NCBI RefSeq assembly: GCF_009914755.1
Contig: NC_060941.1
Reading direction: 5' to 3' (one strand)
Length of the DNA stretch: 64,000 bases
Origin: the human T2T-CHM13v2.0 reference genome, Homo sapiens
Shown here one piece after another: positions 27,303 to 48,157 of the stretch; within the stretch, counting starts at the first letter, position 1; every line of letters begins with the position of its first letter. A program made the position numbers and the translations under genes. The notes beneath the pieces are model-generated. The model ran no database searches. It saw only the letters and a list, made by a program, of their open reading frames with translations, and was not told where the DNA came from.

Positions 27303-28164
27303 TGAGTAGCTGGGATTACAGGCTTGCGCCACCACATCCAGCTAATTTTTTATATTTTTGGTAGAGATGGGGTTTTACCATGTGGCCAGGCTAGTCTGGA
27401 ACTCCTGACCTCAAGTGATCTGACCACCTTGGCCTCCCAAAGTGCTGGGATTACAGGCGTGAGCCACTGTGCCCAGCCTACATCATCTTCATTACAGCTG
27501 CAAAGACCCTTTTACCAAGTAAGTCACATTTACAGGTACCAGCGATTAGGACTTGAACATATCTTTTGGAGGATACTGTTCAGCCCAAATCAGCCCTAAA
27601 AGACAGACCACTCAAGCCCCTCAGCTGAGTGGCACCTCCTCTTGGGCAGTGGATACGGGAGAAGATGCTCTCACACTGGCCTCTGAGGGACCAGTGTCCA
27701 GACAATTATTCTGAGTGTGAAAGAATGTTCTAGAAAGCCAGGCTGTCTTGGGTAAAGTGGTTAGCCTTAAATATGTAAAGGAAATGTTTACCAGATTAGC
27801 TCCAGAGCCCCTGGGAAGACAACAGCCAGGCAGTCAGGGATGTGCTGGCCAGGGGAAGATGTTGGATTCATCCAGGGCATTGGGGATAGCCAGAGCAGGG
27901 CCCCACAGTCTGGAGGATCTGGTGCTGAATGAGCAGTACCAGAGGGAAGGCTGCTGTCCCCTCCCCAGTCTCCCGGCCTGCTGCATCCCAACAGGTATGA
28001 GTCAGGTGGGTGGGGTGGATGCTAGAAGAAGCATGAGAAATCTTGGCCGAGTAAAGCTCACCCTGTTTCAACCTCATCTCTCTTAAACCAAGGTCATGCT
28101 CAGCCACACTGGGGAAACTGAGGCAGCCTTCTGCACTCTCCAGACCACAGGGGCTTTTTCAATA

Positions 28165-29175
<1,011 letters not shown>

Positions 29176-30874
29176 ACAGCAAGTGACACCTTTTCTCTGA
29201 TGAGAACTGACCAGGAAGGTACAGGTGCTGCCCTCCAGCCAAGCACCACACCGTCAGACAGGCCTTCCACGAGGCTCTCATGAAATGCTGATCTGTGAGA
29301 ATGTTCCAGGCAAATTAAATATCCAGCACCGAAGAAGCCAAGTGGCTTGGAAAAATGCATGTAAGGCTTCAGAAAAGACGGAGCAGTTGGACAGACAAGT
29401 GAGACAGCGCTAATTGGCAGCCACGTTTTGTTTTCTCCCCACAGCTGCCTCATGAAATTGTCAAACAACCGTACATGTTGAAGCCGTGAAATTAAAGACG
29501 TTAAAAAAACGGGCTAATGTTCTCAGAGACCACGCTTTAAAGACAGCTTTTGTTCCATATTCTGGGTTTTCTCAATCAGCAGAAAACACTGTGTCTCCAA
29601 CTGACAGGGGCACAAAGAGATAAGAGGGAGACACCGTCATGAACATTTCTAGAGCAATTTTCTCTTCTATCTTATCACTGCCTTCAAGACACATTATTTT
29701 CATCTGAAGTGTGGTTCCAATTTGGGGAGTAAAAAAGCCTTTTCGTCTCTCTCATTCCTCTTTTTTTTTTTTTTTTTTTTCCTCTCTGTCTCCTGAGGGA
29801 AGCTTTGGGGAAGAACGTTCCTCCACTCTCCATGGTTTTGGAATCCCATAAAATATGCCAATGACTGGAGTGTTTTGGATTGATAAACGCCTTTCCAACC
29901 CACCATGCGGCTCCAGTACAAGCTGTCATGGCTACTATGCAAACCTGGTGCGGGGATGACCAACGTGGCTCACAGAAAGCAGGTGGGAGATGCAGACATG
30001 AAGAGGAGCCTGTCTGCCACTCTCTTTCCCCACTCCTCCCACCTCCCGAAAGCTGAGGGTGCTAAGGGCTGGGCAGATAGCTGTGGGGGTCCCATGTATG
30101 CCATTTTTTTTTTTTTTTTTTGAGATGGAGTCTTGCTCTGTCACCCGGGCTGGAGTGCAATGGTATGACCTCAGCTCACTGCAATTGTGAGCTTCCCAGG
30201 TTCAAGTGATTCTCCTGCCTCAGCCTCCTGAGTAGCTGGGATTATAAGCACGCACCACCGCACCCGGCTAATTTTTGTGTTTTTAGTAGATACGGGGTTT
30301 CACCATGTTGGCCAGGCTAGTCTGGAACGCCTGACCTTATGATCCGCCCGCCTGGGCCTCCCAAAGTGCTGGGATTACAGGCGTGAGCCACCGCGCCCGG
30401 CCTCCATGTGCGCTTTATCCACCATTCCCTTCTCAGGCATTCCTCGCTTTCTCAAAGCCAAGGCCTGCATTTGTGTTTTCATCCGCCCATCACCAGTGAC
30501 ATCTGTGAAGCCAGCTTTATCATTCTGGCTTCAGAAGCGCCTTGTTCTTTGAGTACTTTAAAAACAGAAGTGGAGGGCCCGGAGGCCAAACCTTCCCTGT
30601 TCTTTTTCGTATCTGCCCCTGCAAAACCGGATAAAGGAGATTTCAAGAGCAATTTGGTGGGTGACAGCAATGGCCAGCCTCAGGGATGGTCTGAGCTCCT
30701 GGGACCTGGAGGCCACCCAAACTACTTGGGCAGATGAAGACAAGATCAAGATAACTGACTGCAACCTGGAGAAAGCACTTCTCACAGAATAGAAAAAAAA
30801 AAAGATTCTGGGTCCTCTTCTTGTTAGGCTTTCTTCAGATGGCTCTTGAGATCCACCTTGATGGAGTGGTTCTA

Positions 30875-31098
30875 TCTTCCCTTCCCCTTCTCTCCCCTTT
30901 CTTTCCCTTCTCCTTCTTTTTTCTTTTCTCCTTCCTTCTTTCCTTCCTTCCTTCCTTCTTCTTTCCTTCCTTCCTTCCTTCTTCTTTCCTTCCTTCCTTC
31001 CTTCTTCTTTCCTTCCTTCCTTCCTTCTTCTTTCCTTCCTTCCTTCATTCCTTTCTTTCTCTCTCTCTCTTTCTTTCTTTCTCTCTCCTTCCTTCCTT
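30875..31098. repeat. Polypyrimidine/polypurine (TTCC/TTC/TC)n tract
   Basis: About 224 nt with essentially only C and T on the + strand. Confidence 0.9.
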
Positions 31099-31996
31099 GC
31101 TGTTCTGCAAATGGAGCAGGTTCTATCTTTCTGACTTTGCCTGAAAGGACTGAAGCAAGTGAACACTAGGGATAACATTTTTTCCTTGAGTAAAATCACC
31201 CTAGAAGGAAGATAACTGTGGTTACATCTAACTCAGGGGAGTTCCAGAAATAAATAGTGCATGCTGGACTTAAGTGTGTCCTTGAAAATAGCCATGACAC
31301 TGAGCTTTTCTTTCTTTCTCTCCCCTCTTTCCTTTTCCTTCCTTTCTTAAGCAAAAGTGTGAAACCAGCTTGTGACATTTTCCCACTGGCAGGGGAGCTA
31401 GGGAGATGGGGTGAAGGGAAAACATGAGGATTGTAATCAAATGTTTAACTGGTTTATTGAGCAATCTCAGACTCAGGGGATATAAACATAAAATGGTTTT
31501 ATATTTTCTCTAATCAATGCCTTCAGCCACACTCTGTCAAATTCCACTTTCTATCTCCAAATGACATTTTAAGCAGATCCTATATTTTTTTCTGATCATT
31601 TTCAGTTATTAGAAAGCTTTCCAGTTTTAAACCACAACCCCATGTCTAATTCAAAGCTCTGAGGTCCCATTCCCCCTGCAGCAGCCCAGCTGTGGCTCTG
31701 AGATAAGAATGGAGGTGCTCTCCATCTCTCTCTGAGGCTCTGGTACCACCTGCCCCCGGGTGGTCTCCATGGAGATGGTGTGCCCATCACTCCCCACCCG
31801 CCATGTTTCCTGGAGTGATGTTTAGACTGACACTGGACTTCTCCATTACTGAAGATACCTTCAGAAAGGGATGTCCAGCCAGGTGCGTGGCTCACGCCTG
31901 TAATCCCAACACTTTAGGAGGCTGAGGCAGGTGGATCACCTGAGGTCAGGAGTTCGAGACCAGCCTGGCCAGCATGGTGAAACCGCATCTTTCCTA

Positions 31997-32146
<150 letters not shown>

Positions 32147-32904
32147 TCAAAAAGAAAGAAAAAGAAAGAAAAAGAGAAGAAAAGAAAAGTAAAGAAAAGA
32201 AAAGAAAAGGGATGTCCATATTTCCCTTCAAGCTCTGCCAGTGGTCCATGCCCTTACCACCTTCTCTGGGTGAGATGTCCCTCACTGAGGGCACCCTGGG
32301 CGGGTCACGGCTCCTGCTTCCCTTTGGTATCATGGTCGTTCACACGGAGCCACAGGTATCAATGAGGTCCTCTGCAATGTTTTCTAAGTGCTGTAAACAT
32401 ATGGGTGGGGGACTCCCTATCCTTTTCTCCTGGGCAATTGCATCACAGTCCCTACCTGCGCAGCCATCACCAGCTGCTCCAGTCGGATTCTTTCGAGATG
32501 GGAAGCAGACCCCGGTCTCTACGCTCACATATACACTATACTCCTGGGAACCCAGGCCAAGCTCCTGGGCACACCTTCTCCATACCCCAGGCTGTCCTGA
32601 GAGCAGGAACAAAGGAGACTGCAGACTTGGCAGCTCTGTAAGCATCTGGCAGGGAGTGAGCTGCCCATGGCCTCTGCTTGCCGGCACCCCTAGTCTTGAA
32701 GAGTTATCTTCCTGGAGCCCCACTTGTTTGACTTGGCTGAGAGGGAAACACAGCCTCAGTCGACTTAGGTTTGGGGGAAGAACTCCTGTCCCCTCCCTCT
32801 ACTAGAATGACAGTATGTAGAATAACACCATAATATATTAAACATCTATAATTAAAACAATTCCTGTACATGATTTCATTTACAATGAGAATATTCTACT
32901 GTTA

Positions 32905-33258
<354 letters not shown>

Positions 33259-33364
33259 TTAGGGGGGGATAAGTAATTTGTTCAAGATTGCACAAACAGA
33301 AGGGTATATTAGTCAGTTTTGCTCTGTAACAGAGAAACCTCACACATCTCAATGGCTTACAGCA

Positions 33365-33661
33365 AGTCTGGGCAAACTACTGCCACATCTAGCCCACTGC
33401 CTACTTTTCTGTAGCCCATGAGCTAAGAATAGTTTATGTTTTTAAATGGTTAAAAAAAGAATCAAAAAAGGAATATTTCCCGACACAAGAGAATTATGTG
33501 AATTTCCAATTTTAGTGTCCATGAATAAAGTCTTATTGGGCCCAGCCATACCCATCTGTTTCTGTGTTGTCTGTGGCTGCCGTTGTACCACAGGGGCAGA
33601 ATTGAGAAACTGCAGCTGAGACTGTCTGGCCCTTTACAGAAAAAATTATGCCAACCCCTGT
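33365..33661. mobile_element. MER58B-like hAT-Charlie element inserted in an old MLT1 LTR (~33303-33920)
   Basis: ggcaaactac...gagctaagaatagttt...aataaagtcttattgg...ctggccctttacagaaaaaattatgccaacccctg. Confidence 0.7.
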
Positions 33662-34090
33662 CAACATTTATTTTTCTCACGCACAGCTCTCCGGGTTGGC
33701 CGGGATCATCTCCAGGTTGCAGGTTGGGTTCAGGTTGGCCCCATCTTCATCATTCTGGGCCCAGCGGCCACCCAGGGCATAGTCTTCTCGTGGCAGATGG
33801 AGGAAGCACAGGAGAGATGAGCAAGAACACGTGAGCCCACTGCAGGCCAGGCACGCCGTCGTTTCCTCGCTCACCACACACTCTGCACTTTCTAGCAAGA
33901 GTCACTGCAAGATCACATTTGGGAGGATGGGAATTTATCATTCATAGACCAGGAGGGAGTAAAGGATGGGAAGTAAGGATCTCAGGGACTGCAGTTGGGG
34001 GATTCAGGACTTGAACTCAGGGCTGCCTGACTCAAGAGTCTGTGTGCTTGTTCCTGTGCTACATGGACTTCTGTCCTAGGCAAACTGTTA

Positions 34091-34468
<378 letters not shown>

Positions 34469-34577
34469 TAAGGAGTTCAAGACCAGCCTGGCCAAGACGG
34501 TGAAACCCCGTCTCTACTAAAAATAAAAAAAAAATTAGCCAGGTGTGGTGGCGGGTGCCTGTAATCCCAGCTACTCA

Positions 34578-34757
<180 letters not shown>

Positions 34758-34760
34758 TCA

Positions 34761-35053
<293 letters not shown>

Positions 35054-36005
35054 CTACCCGCAAAGTCTATTCCTGGACATCCTGGGCATCATCCCAACAT
35101 ATCACCATCTCCAAGTCACCAAACAGGCCAGCAACTGTAAACAAATCAAAATGGATTCGAAAGACCCTGGAAAGCCCCAGCAAGTGCTTGCAAGAGCAAT
35201 ATATTCTTCAGGAATGCCACCATCGATAACTGCATAGTGATAGAAAGTTGAGCAATTCTGAAGAGCCTCATTTCCATCACCCAGCAGGCATCCTTGGAGA
35301 AGCTTCTTTCAGAGTCCGACTATCAGTAAGTTATGTGTCTCTGGAAGCCCTTACAAATGAGCAGAAGAAGACAGGAGAATAAAACTTTACGATTATGCCT
35401 CTGCCGGTTTTTCTGCAAACACAGGGAGGAACAGACCCACTACAGACCATAGCCCATCGAGTGTGAAATATGAAGCCTCACGGAAGTCGGGAGCCATTAA
35501 GTATTTGTTGTGCTGACTGTCAAGGCTGGAAGCAGCATGGGAGAGGATGATGAATAAACGCCCAGCCATTACAGCAGCTCGATGAGCCTCCCGCGGCCCA
35601 AAGTTGATTCTCCATGTCATAATGAAATCAAACACTTGCCAGGAAGTCAACAGGAGAGAGAAAGGAGTTATAAAACACAGGCATGTGACTCCTTCTGTAG
35701 CTGCTGTTTTTAAAGAAAGATGCGAGAAGAAAAGAACTGTAATGAATGGCACAGTGACGCTGACATGTTGTAGAATGTGCTGGGATGGAGATTTTTCTTT
35801 GCAAGCATCACTGAGCATCCAAGAAGCTAAGAAACAGTAGATGTAGAGAGTCTTTGAAGAACCACATGCCCTAAATATCGTACTTGATGACATGTCTTCT
35901 GGGTTCAAATCCCTATATATATTGTCCTTCTGAGTGACGCTCCAGGTACAATCGAATTTTTCTGGGCAAGTATCTTTGCTTACATGTGTAAAGGTATAAA
36001 AACTA

Positions 36006-36388
<383 letters not shown>

Positions 36389-36939
36389 TTATTGAGCACC
36401 TCCTCTTTCCCTGACCCTGGACCAGGTGCAGTGAATACAGACGTCACAAGACCTAACCAGCAGGATGAAGTGCAGGTTCCCAGGACCCTAGCGTAGCTGG
36501 GGAGACAGTACTGTGTGATAGAGCCACAGCCAGGTGGGGTACCGGGCACGGAGGGTTAAGGAGGAAGGGGCATGGCTCTCCCTGGAGGGAAGCCAAATGG
36601 TACTTTTCAAAAAGTTGCAAACATGGCTTTCAACTATAAAATAAACGTGTAAATAATTTCATTCAACTTGTGAATTAATGAGGGAACCAATGAGATGTGG
36701 AGAGCAGTTGAAAACAGAATTTGAAAATCAGCCATATACAGATGCAGTTAGGAATGCTAGGATGGATTTGCTAATAGATACCAAGTGGGTCAGTGTCCTA
36801 CGGGGCAATAAAATGTAATGTTTACAGTCATCTTTTCTATGGGACGGACACCAACTGTATCTCTGTGGGACAAAATCCATTTACATTGTTATGGACAATC
36901 ATTATTTCCATTTTCTACCATTTAATGTCTCCCCTATCA

Positions 36940-37276
<337 letters not shown>

Positions 37277-37448
37277 TCAACAGAAAGACAGCAAACAGAG
37301 TCCTGTGTAAACAGGCAATCCCTGAAACCCGGCCCTGAACCCCATGGGAAGCATGCCCAGAATCCCTCTTGTCCATCTCCAAGTCTTGGACAATTTCTCC
37401 TGACCGGGGACTATCCCAGTCTGTTCACACATCTGCAGGACCATGTAG

Positions 37449-37703
<255 letters not shown>

Positions 37704-38772
37704 TAGGATTACAGGTGCCTGCCACCATGGCCAGCTAATTTTTGTATTTTTAGTAGAGACAGGGTTTCACTATGTTGGCCAGGCTGGTCTCGAACTCCTG
37801 ACTTCAAGTGATCCTCCCAAACTGCTGAGATTACAGGTGTCAGCCACCACACCCAGCTGGCTTCAGTTATTTTCAAGCTCCCAGATGATTCTGATGTGCA
37901 AACAACGTTGAGAACCACAGCTCTGAGGACATCCAAGCAGGAACTCCAGGCTGTCCTCTACCCTCCTCCCCAGCCTTCCCACCTCTCCCTCCTCCTCGAA
38001 AGGCTTCCTTTGTGTCTTAGGGGGTAGTCACTGCAGCCTCTTCGGGCTCCTGAAACGTCCCTGCTATTTTGCAGAAGTGACTGATGGGGCAGCCCAAGGG
38101 CAGCTTTGAAACCCCCTTTTGAGTCCCAGGAGATAGCATCTTGTGATTTGCTCCACAACACGGAAGGAACCCACAGCTTGAGAGCAACAAATGAGAAGAA
38201 ATCTATCATCCTCAGAAAATTGGCTCCTGGCTGTCCCGCCGAGTGACAGTAATCACAGAGGCCTCTTAAAGTGCCCGGCTAAATAAATAGTTTTAATAGT
38301 AACGAACCAGCTGCCAGCCTGAAAGCTTGTAATCATGATGCAGGTGGGCTCTGGGGCTGCCTGTATGTGCCCGCCAGCCCCTTTTGCAAGAGCATAAATC
38401 CAGGCACCATAAGGAGACACTTAAGCTCCCAGCTGGATCTTTTTACAGAAAGTATAACCGAAGATGTCTGCTTTCAGCTGCCCAGGTGAGTTTGCAGCCT
38501 GGGGAGAGCTGCAATCACAAAACTCCCCAGGCCTCCTAGTCTCACCCAAAGAGCAGCCCCAGGGAAATGGTCTGGGAGGATAGGACTGGCCATTACTGGA
38601 ATTGGCCAGATATCCTGGCAGCCAAACCCCTGAGCAACCTGTAATCCCAGCACCTTGGGAGGCTGAGGCAGGAGGATCGCCTGAGCTCAGGAGTTTGAGA
38701 CCAGCCTGGGCAACATAGCAAGACCCCATCTTAAAACACACACACACACACACAGACAAACACACAACCTGA

Positions 38773-39144
<372 letters not shown>

Positions 39145-39213
39145 TAGTCAGGATGGTCTCGATCTCCTGACCTCGTGACCTGCCCGGCTCGGCCTCCCAA
39201 AGTGCTGGGATTA

Positions 39214-39791
<578 letters not shown>

Positions 39792-40154
39792 TTAGCCAGG
39801 TGTGGCAGTGTGCGCCTCCCGAGTAGGCTGAGGCAGGAGAATCACTTGAACCTGGGAGGCGGGAGGCGGAGGTTGCAGTGAGCCGAGATCACACCACTGC
39901 ACTCCAGCCTGGGTGACAGAGCAAGACTCTGTCTCAAATAAAAATAAAAATAAAAAATAACAAACTAAAACATAAGCACAACAATACCTCATTCCTAGGG
40001 TTGCTTTGAAGTTAAATGACATACTGCACAGGAAAATAACTAGCACAAAGCCAGATACCTGGCCAGCCGAGGTGATCATGCCAATTTCCTCCCTCCCTTC
40101 CTTCCTTTATATCCCAAGATTTCAAGGATTGGGCTTGGGGAGACAAAAGCTCCT

Positions 40155-41060
40155 AGCTCTGCGCCATCCACTGTGGCAGCCATGAGCCCCATGTGGCTAC
40201 TAAGCCCCTGACCTGCGGTCAGCGTGAATTGAGAGGTGTCATAAGCAGGAACCACACACCAATTTCTGACTTAATACAGAAAAGAAAGTAAAATTGGTCT
40301 AACAGTTTTTATATGATTACATGTTATGATCATATTTTTATCTCTTAAATAAAATAAAGTTTAAAAAAAATTTTTTGAGACAGAGTCTTGCTCTGTTGCC
40401 CAGGCTTAAGTGCAATGGTGCAATCTTAGCTCACTGCAACCTCTGACTCCCGGGTTCAAGCAATTCTCATACCTCAACCTCCTGAGTAGCTGGGATTACA
40501 AGTGTGTGCCACCATGCCTGGTTAGTTTTTGTATTTTTATTAGAGACGGGGTTTCATCATGTCAGCTAGGCTGGTCTTAAACTCATGGTCTCAAGTGATC
40601 TGTCCACTTCAGCCTCCCAAAGTGCTGGGATTACAGATGTGAGCCACCTGTTTCTTTTTCTTTTCTTTTCTTTTTTTGAGACAGAGTCTTGCTCTGTCAC
40701 CCAGGCTGGAGTGCAGTGGCGTGATCTTGGCGCACTGCAACCTCCATCTCCGAGGTCAAGCAATTCTCCCGCCTCAGCCTCCTGAGTAGCTGGGATTACA
40801 AGCGTGTGCTACCATGCCTGGCTAATTTTTGTATTTTGAGTACAGATGGGGTTTCACCAGGTTGCCCAGGTTGGTCTTGAACTCCTGACCTCAAGTGATC
40901 CACCCACCTCAGTCTCCCAAAGTGCTGGATTATGGGTGTGAGCCACCATGCGTGTCCTTAAAATTAACATCATCTGTTTCTTTGTATTGTTTACTGTGAC
41001 TACCAGCAAATCTAAAATGACTTATGTGGCCTGCATTATATTTCTATTGGATGGGGCTGC
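40155..41060. mobile_element. MER33-like hAT-Charlie element split by two antisense Alus (~40370-40958)
   Basis: ccatccactgtggcagccatgagccccatgtggctact...tatgtggcctgcattatatttctattggatggggctg. Confidence 0.65.
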
Positions 41061-41442
41061 CCCAACTGGAATCAAATAGATCCATCCCCAAAGCCATGAT
41101 GCAGGCTCTTAATGGGGTCCCATGAGCCTGTGATGTTGAGGGCTTTTCTGAACTGTGAAAAACAGTGACTATTTAACCAGGGCACCCCAGAGGCTCCTGT
41201 CTACCTCCCTAGGAGAGCCAGCACTTCTCACATGACTTCTGAGTGCTTTACACGTCAATCCTCACTGAATCCTCAGAAATCATGTGAGATTATGAATTAT
41301 GATTCCCATTTTACAGAAAAGGTAACTGAGGCAAGAGGTTAGTAAACTTACTTTAGAAGAGGGAGGGACGGAGAGAGAGAACATGCATGAGTGGGAAAGC
41401 TGGAGATCTGGGGGATTTGAAGCCAGTCCAGTGCTCACTTGG

Positions 41443-42345
<903 letters not shown>

Positions 42346-42979
42346 CTGGACAGAGGCCCTCCCCATGGTGTTCCCTGGCACATCTTGGCTGCCCTCCTGC
42401 AGTGCTCCCTTGTGGTACGTAGTTACCATGGCTAGAGGCTCTAACAACGTGACCTTATCGAGTCCCCATCTGTAAAATGGAAAACTATTAGTGGCAGCCA
42501 CCTCCTGGGTTATATGAGGACTCGATAAGGTCACTTAGCATCAGAGGGCAGGGGTGGTGCATGAGCTTTGGCCTCAAACCACAGGAGGCTCCTGCACACA
42601 GGTGCCTCTGAGAGTCAGGTTCCTGCCTGACAGCTGTAGGCACAGCTGCAGCCTGAGCCCAGCACTACCCAGAGCTATCAGGGCCAGAGGAAGGCCTGCT
42701 TCCTGGCCCTGGTTCCTCAGTGGGTCCTGCCAGCCACCACCCTGCAGAGCTCAAAACGACTGTGGAATGGTTAGCACCACACACTGTAACCCAACCCCCC
42801 TGCTCTCCTCTGCCTCCCCTCAAAAGCATTCCAGATGCCAGGCAGCAGCCCCATGGCCACCTCTGCATAGGTGAGCAAAACATCAGGAGCTGCCAGCCAC
42901 AGGCTGCCAAGCCTTTGCTGTGGAGGGCTTGTGGCTGGCCCTAGGACTGGGATGCCTGTTCTTTAAAATGGGGTCCTGA

Positions 42980-46545
<3,566 letters not shown>

Positions 46546-46547
46546 TT

Positions 46548-46883
46548 TTTTTTTTAATGGTTATTTCTTGGTGATATGTTAAACAAGGGGTGGATTATTC
46601 ATGCCTCCCCTTTTTAGACCATGTAGGGTAACTTCCTGACGTTGCCACGGCATTTGTAAACTGTCATGGCGCTGGTGGGCGTGTACCAGTGAGGGCAACC
46701 AGAGGTCACTCTCATAGCCATCTTGGTTTTGGAGGATTTTGGCCGTCTTCTTTACTGCAGCCTGTTTGATCAGCAAGGTCTTTATGAGCTGTATGACCTA
46801 GCAATGCATCCAAGTAGGTCTCAGCTTTATTTTACCCAGCCCCTATTCAAGATGGAGTTGCTCTGGTTCAAACGCCTCTGAGA
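46548..46883 (-). mobile_element. MER41A-like ERV1 LTR fragment with an internal deletion, about 0.6 kb upstream of the SNHG20 start
   Basis: Minus strand reads tcagaggcgtttgaaccagagcaactccatcttgaataggggctggg...ggtctaaaaaggggaggcatgaataatccaccccttgttt, the MER41A junction that lacks the GAS-containing segment of MER41B. Confidence 0.75.
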
Positions 46884-47379
46884 CAAGGTCCAGCAATTCT
46901 TCCTTGGTTGTGGGATTAGACTCAGAGCAAGATTCCTGTTCGTTGCTTCCTGTGCCCACAGACAGTGAACTGTCGGGAATCTACCAGGTCTTTTGGAGCA
47001 ATAGGCTTTTCAGGGGGTATCCCAATAGGCCAGGACGGCCTGCATCTTCACATAGCCCCTCTGCTCTTGAGCTTTCTCCTTCCTGCCACCTGGGGTGGTG
47101 GAAAGGGCATTGGGTTTGGAGCAGAAATGACTTAGGTGTGAACCCAGCTCTGCCACTTCCTGGCCGGCTGTGCTTGGAAAAGTAACCAAGCATCTCCGGA
47201 GCGCCCCACTTCTCATCTACAAGACAGGAGTGGTCTTTGCACTTAATTCAGAGGGTTGCATGAGGAGTAGAGAGATAATGCTTTCACGGCTCCAGGAACC
47301 CAGCGGGCTTTCAAGAAATGGGATGTTCCTTCTGATTCCCTCGCTCCAGGGCCCTCCCCTCTGGCCCAGGCTCTAGTCC

Positions 47380-47900
47380 CCATTAATCACACCGCGCGGG
47401 CTGCGACCCCTTTAAGTCCGGCTTGGATGACCCAGATCCAAAGTCATCGACTCTCTAGCTGCTATCTCTATGGTAAGTTATCACTTCCGGCCGGAAGTTG
47501 CTGACGGAGCTACTTCCGCCCAGGGGAGTGGGAAGTAAGTGGAGACACGTGCTTTGGCCTGTTGGAGGGGAAACCCGCTCTCGCCTCCTGGTGGTCGCCG
47601 ACTCGCAGTCCGCAGGATGACTCAGGGCAGCCCTGACCACAGTTCCGCCGCCATCGGCCCTAGCCTGCGGAATTGGGCTCGCCCCGGGACGATAACAGAG
47701 CTCTGCCGGGGGCTGGAGGCACTGACCGGGTGACCAGAGACCCAGAGACCAGACCCCCTCCACGGCGCCCGGGATTTCGGGGACGGCTTCTCCCATCGCA
47801 AGTAGGGCTTGGACGGGAGGCGACAAAAGAGAACTTGGTCCGCACACAGCCACCGAAATTGGAATGAGGAGCTGTAGGGAGGCCCCGTAGCCAGCAGAAA
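47380..47900 (+). promoter_or_regulatory. CpG-island, TATA-less promoter of SNHG20 and the long SEC14L1 isoform
   Basis: High CpG density. Palindromic double ETS site ACTTCCGGCCGGAAGT at 47483-47498, third ETS site ACTTCCGCC at 47512-47520, E-box CACGTG at 47546-47551, AP-1 site TGACTCA at 47618-47624. Confidence 0.85.
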
Positions 47901-48157
47901 AGCATTGGGGTCCCTGGCTGGGTTAGCCCAGGTTTCTAGGAGTGTGGTAAGCGTCGAATGACTTTTGTCCTTTTAAAGCACATTATGTTACTTTTTCCCC
48001 AAGGTTTCAACAGAAAATGAGAAATATCGCCCGACGATTGGCTGAAAACATGCAGCAACCACTATTTTCTTCCTGCCCCTCGTTGATGAGAGCATTCTAA
48101 GTGACCTCAGCAGGGCATCCAGGTATGTCAAGCATGGTGACAAAGTGTTCAGGTCAG

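Noticed and set aside
30875-31098. EWS-FLI1-type GGAA microsatellite enhancer
   Set aside because: Consecutive GGAA runs are short and interrupted rather than a long pure array.
30558-31199. 213-aa Arg/Lys/Glu-rich ORF and the opposite-strand Phe/Leu/Ser ORFs
   Set aside because: Translation of the polypurine/polypyrimidine tract.
46548-46883. MER41 as an interferon-gamma/STAT1-inducible enhancer for SNHG20
   Set aside because: The junction aaggggaggcatgaataatcc is MER41A-type and lacks the tandem GAS sites found in MER41B.
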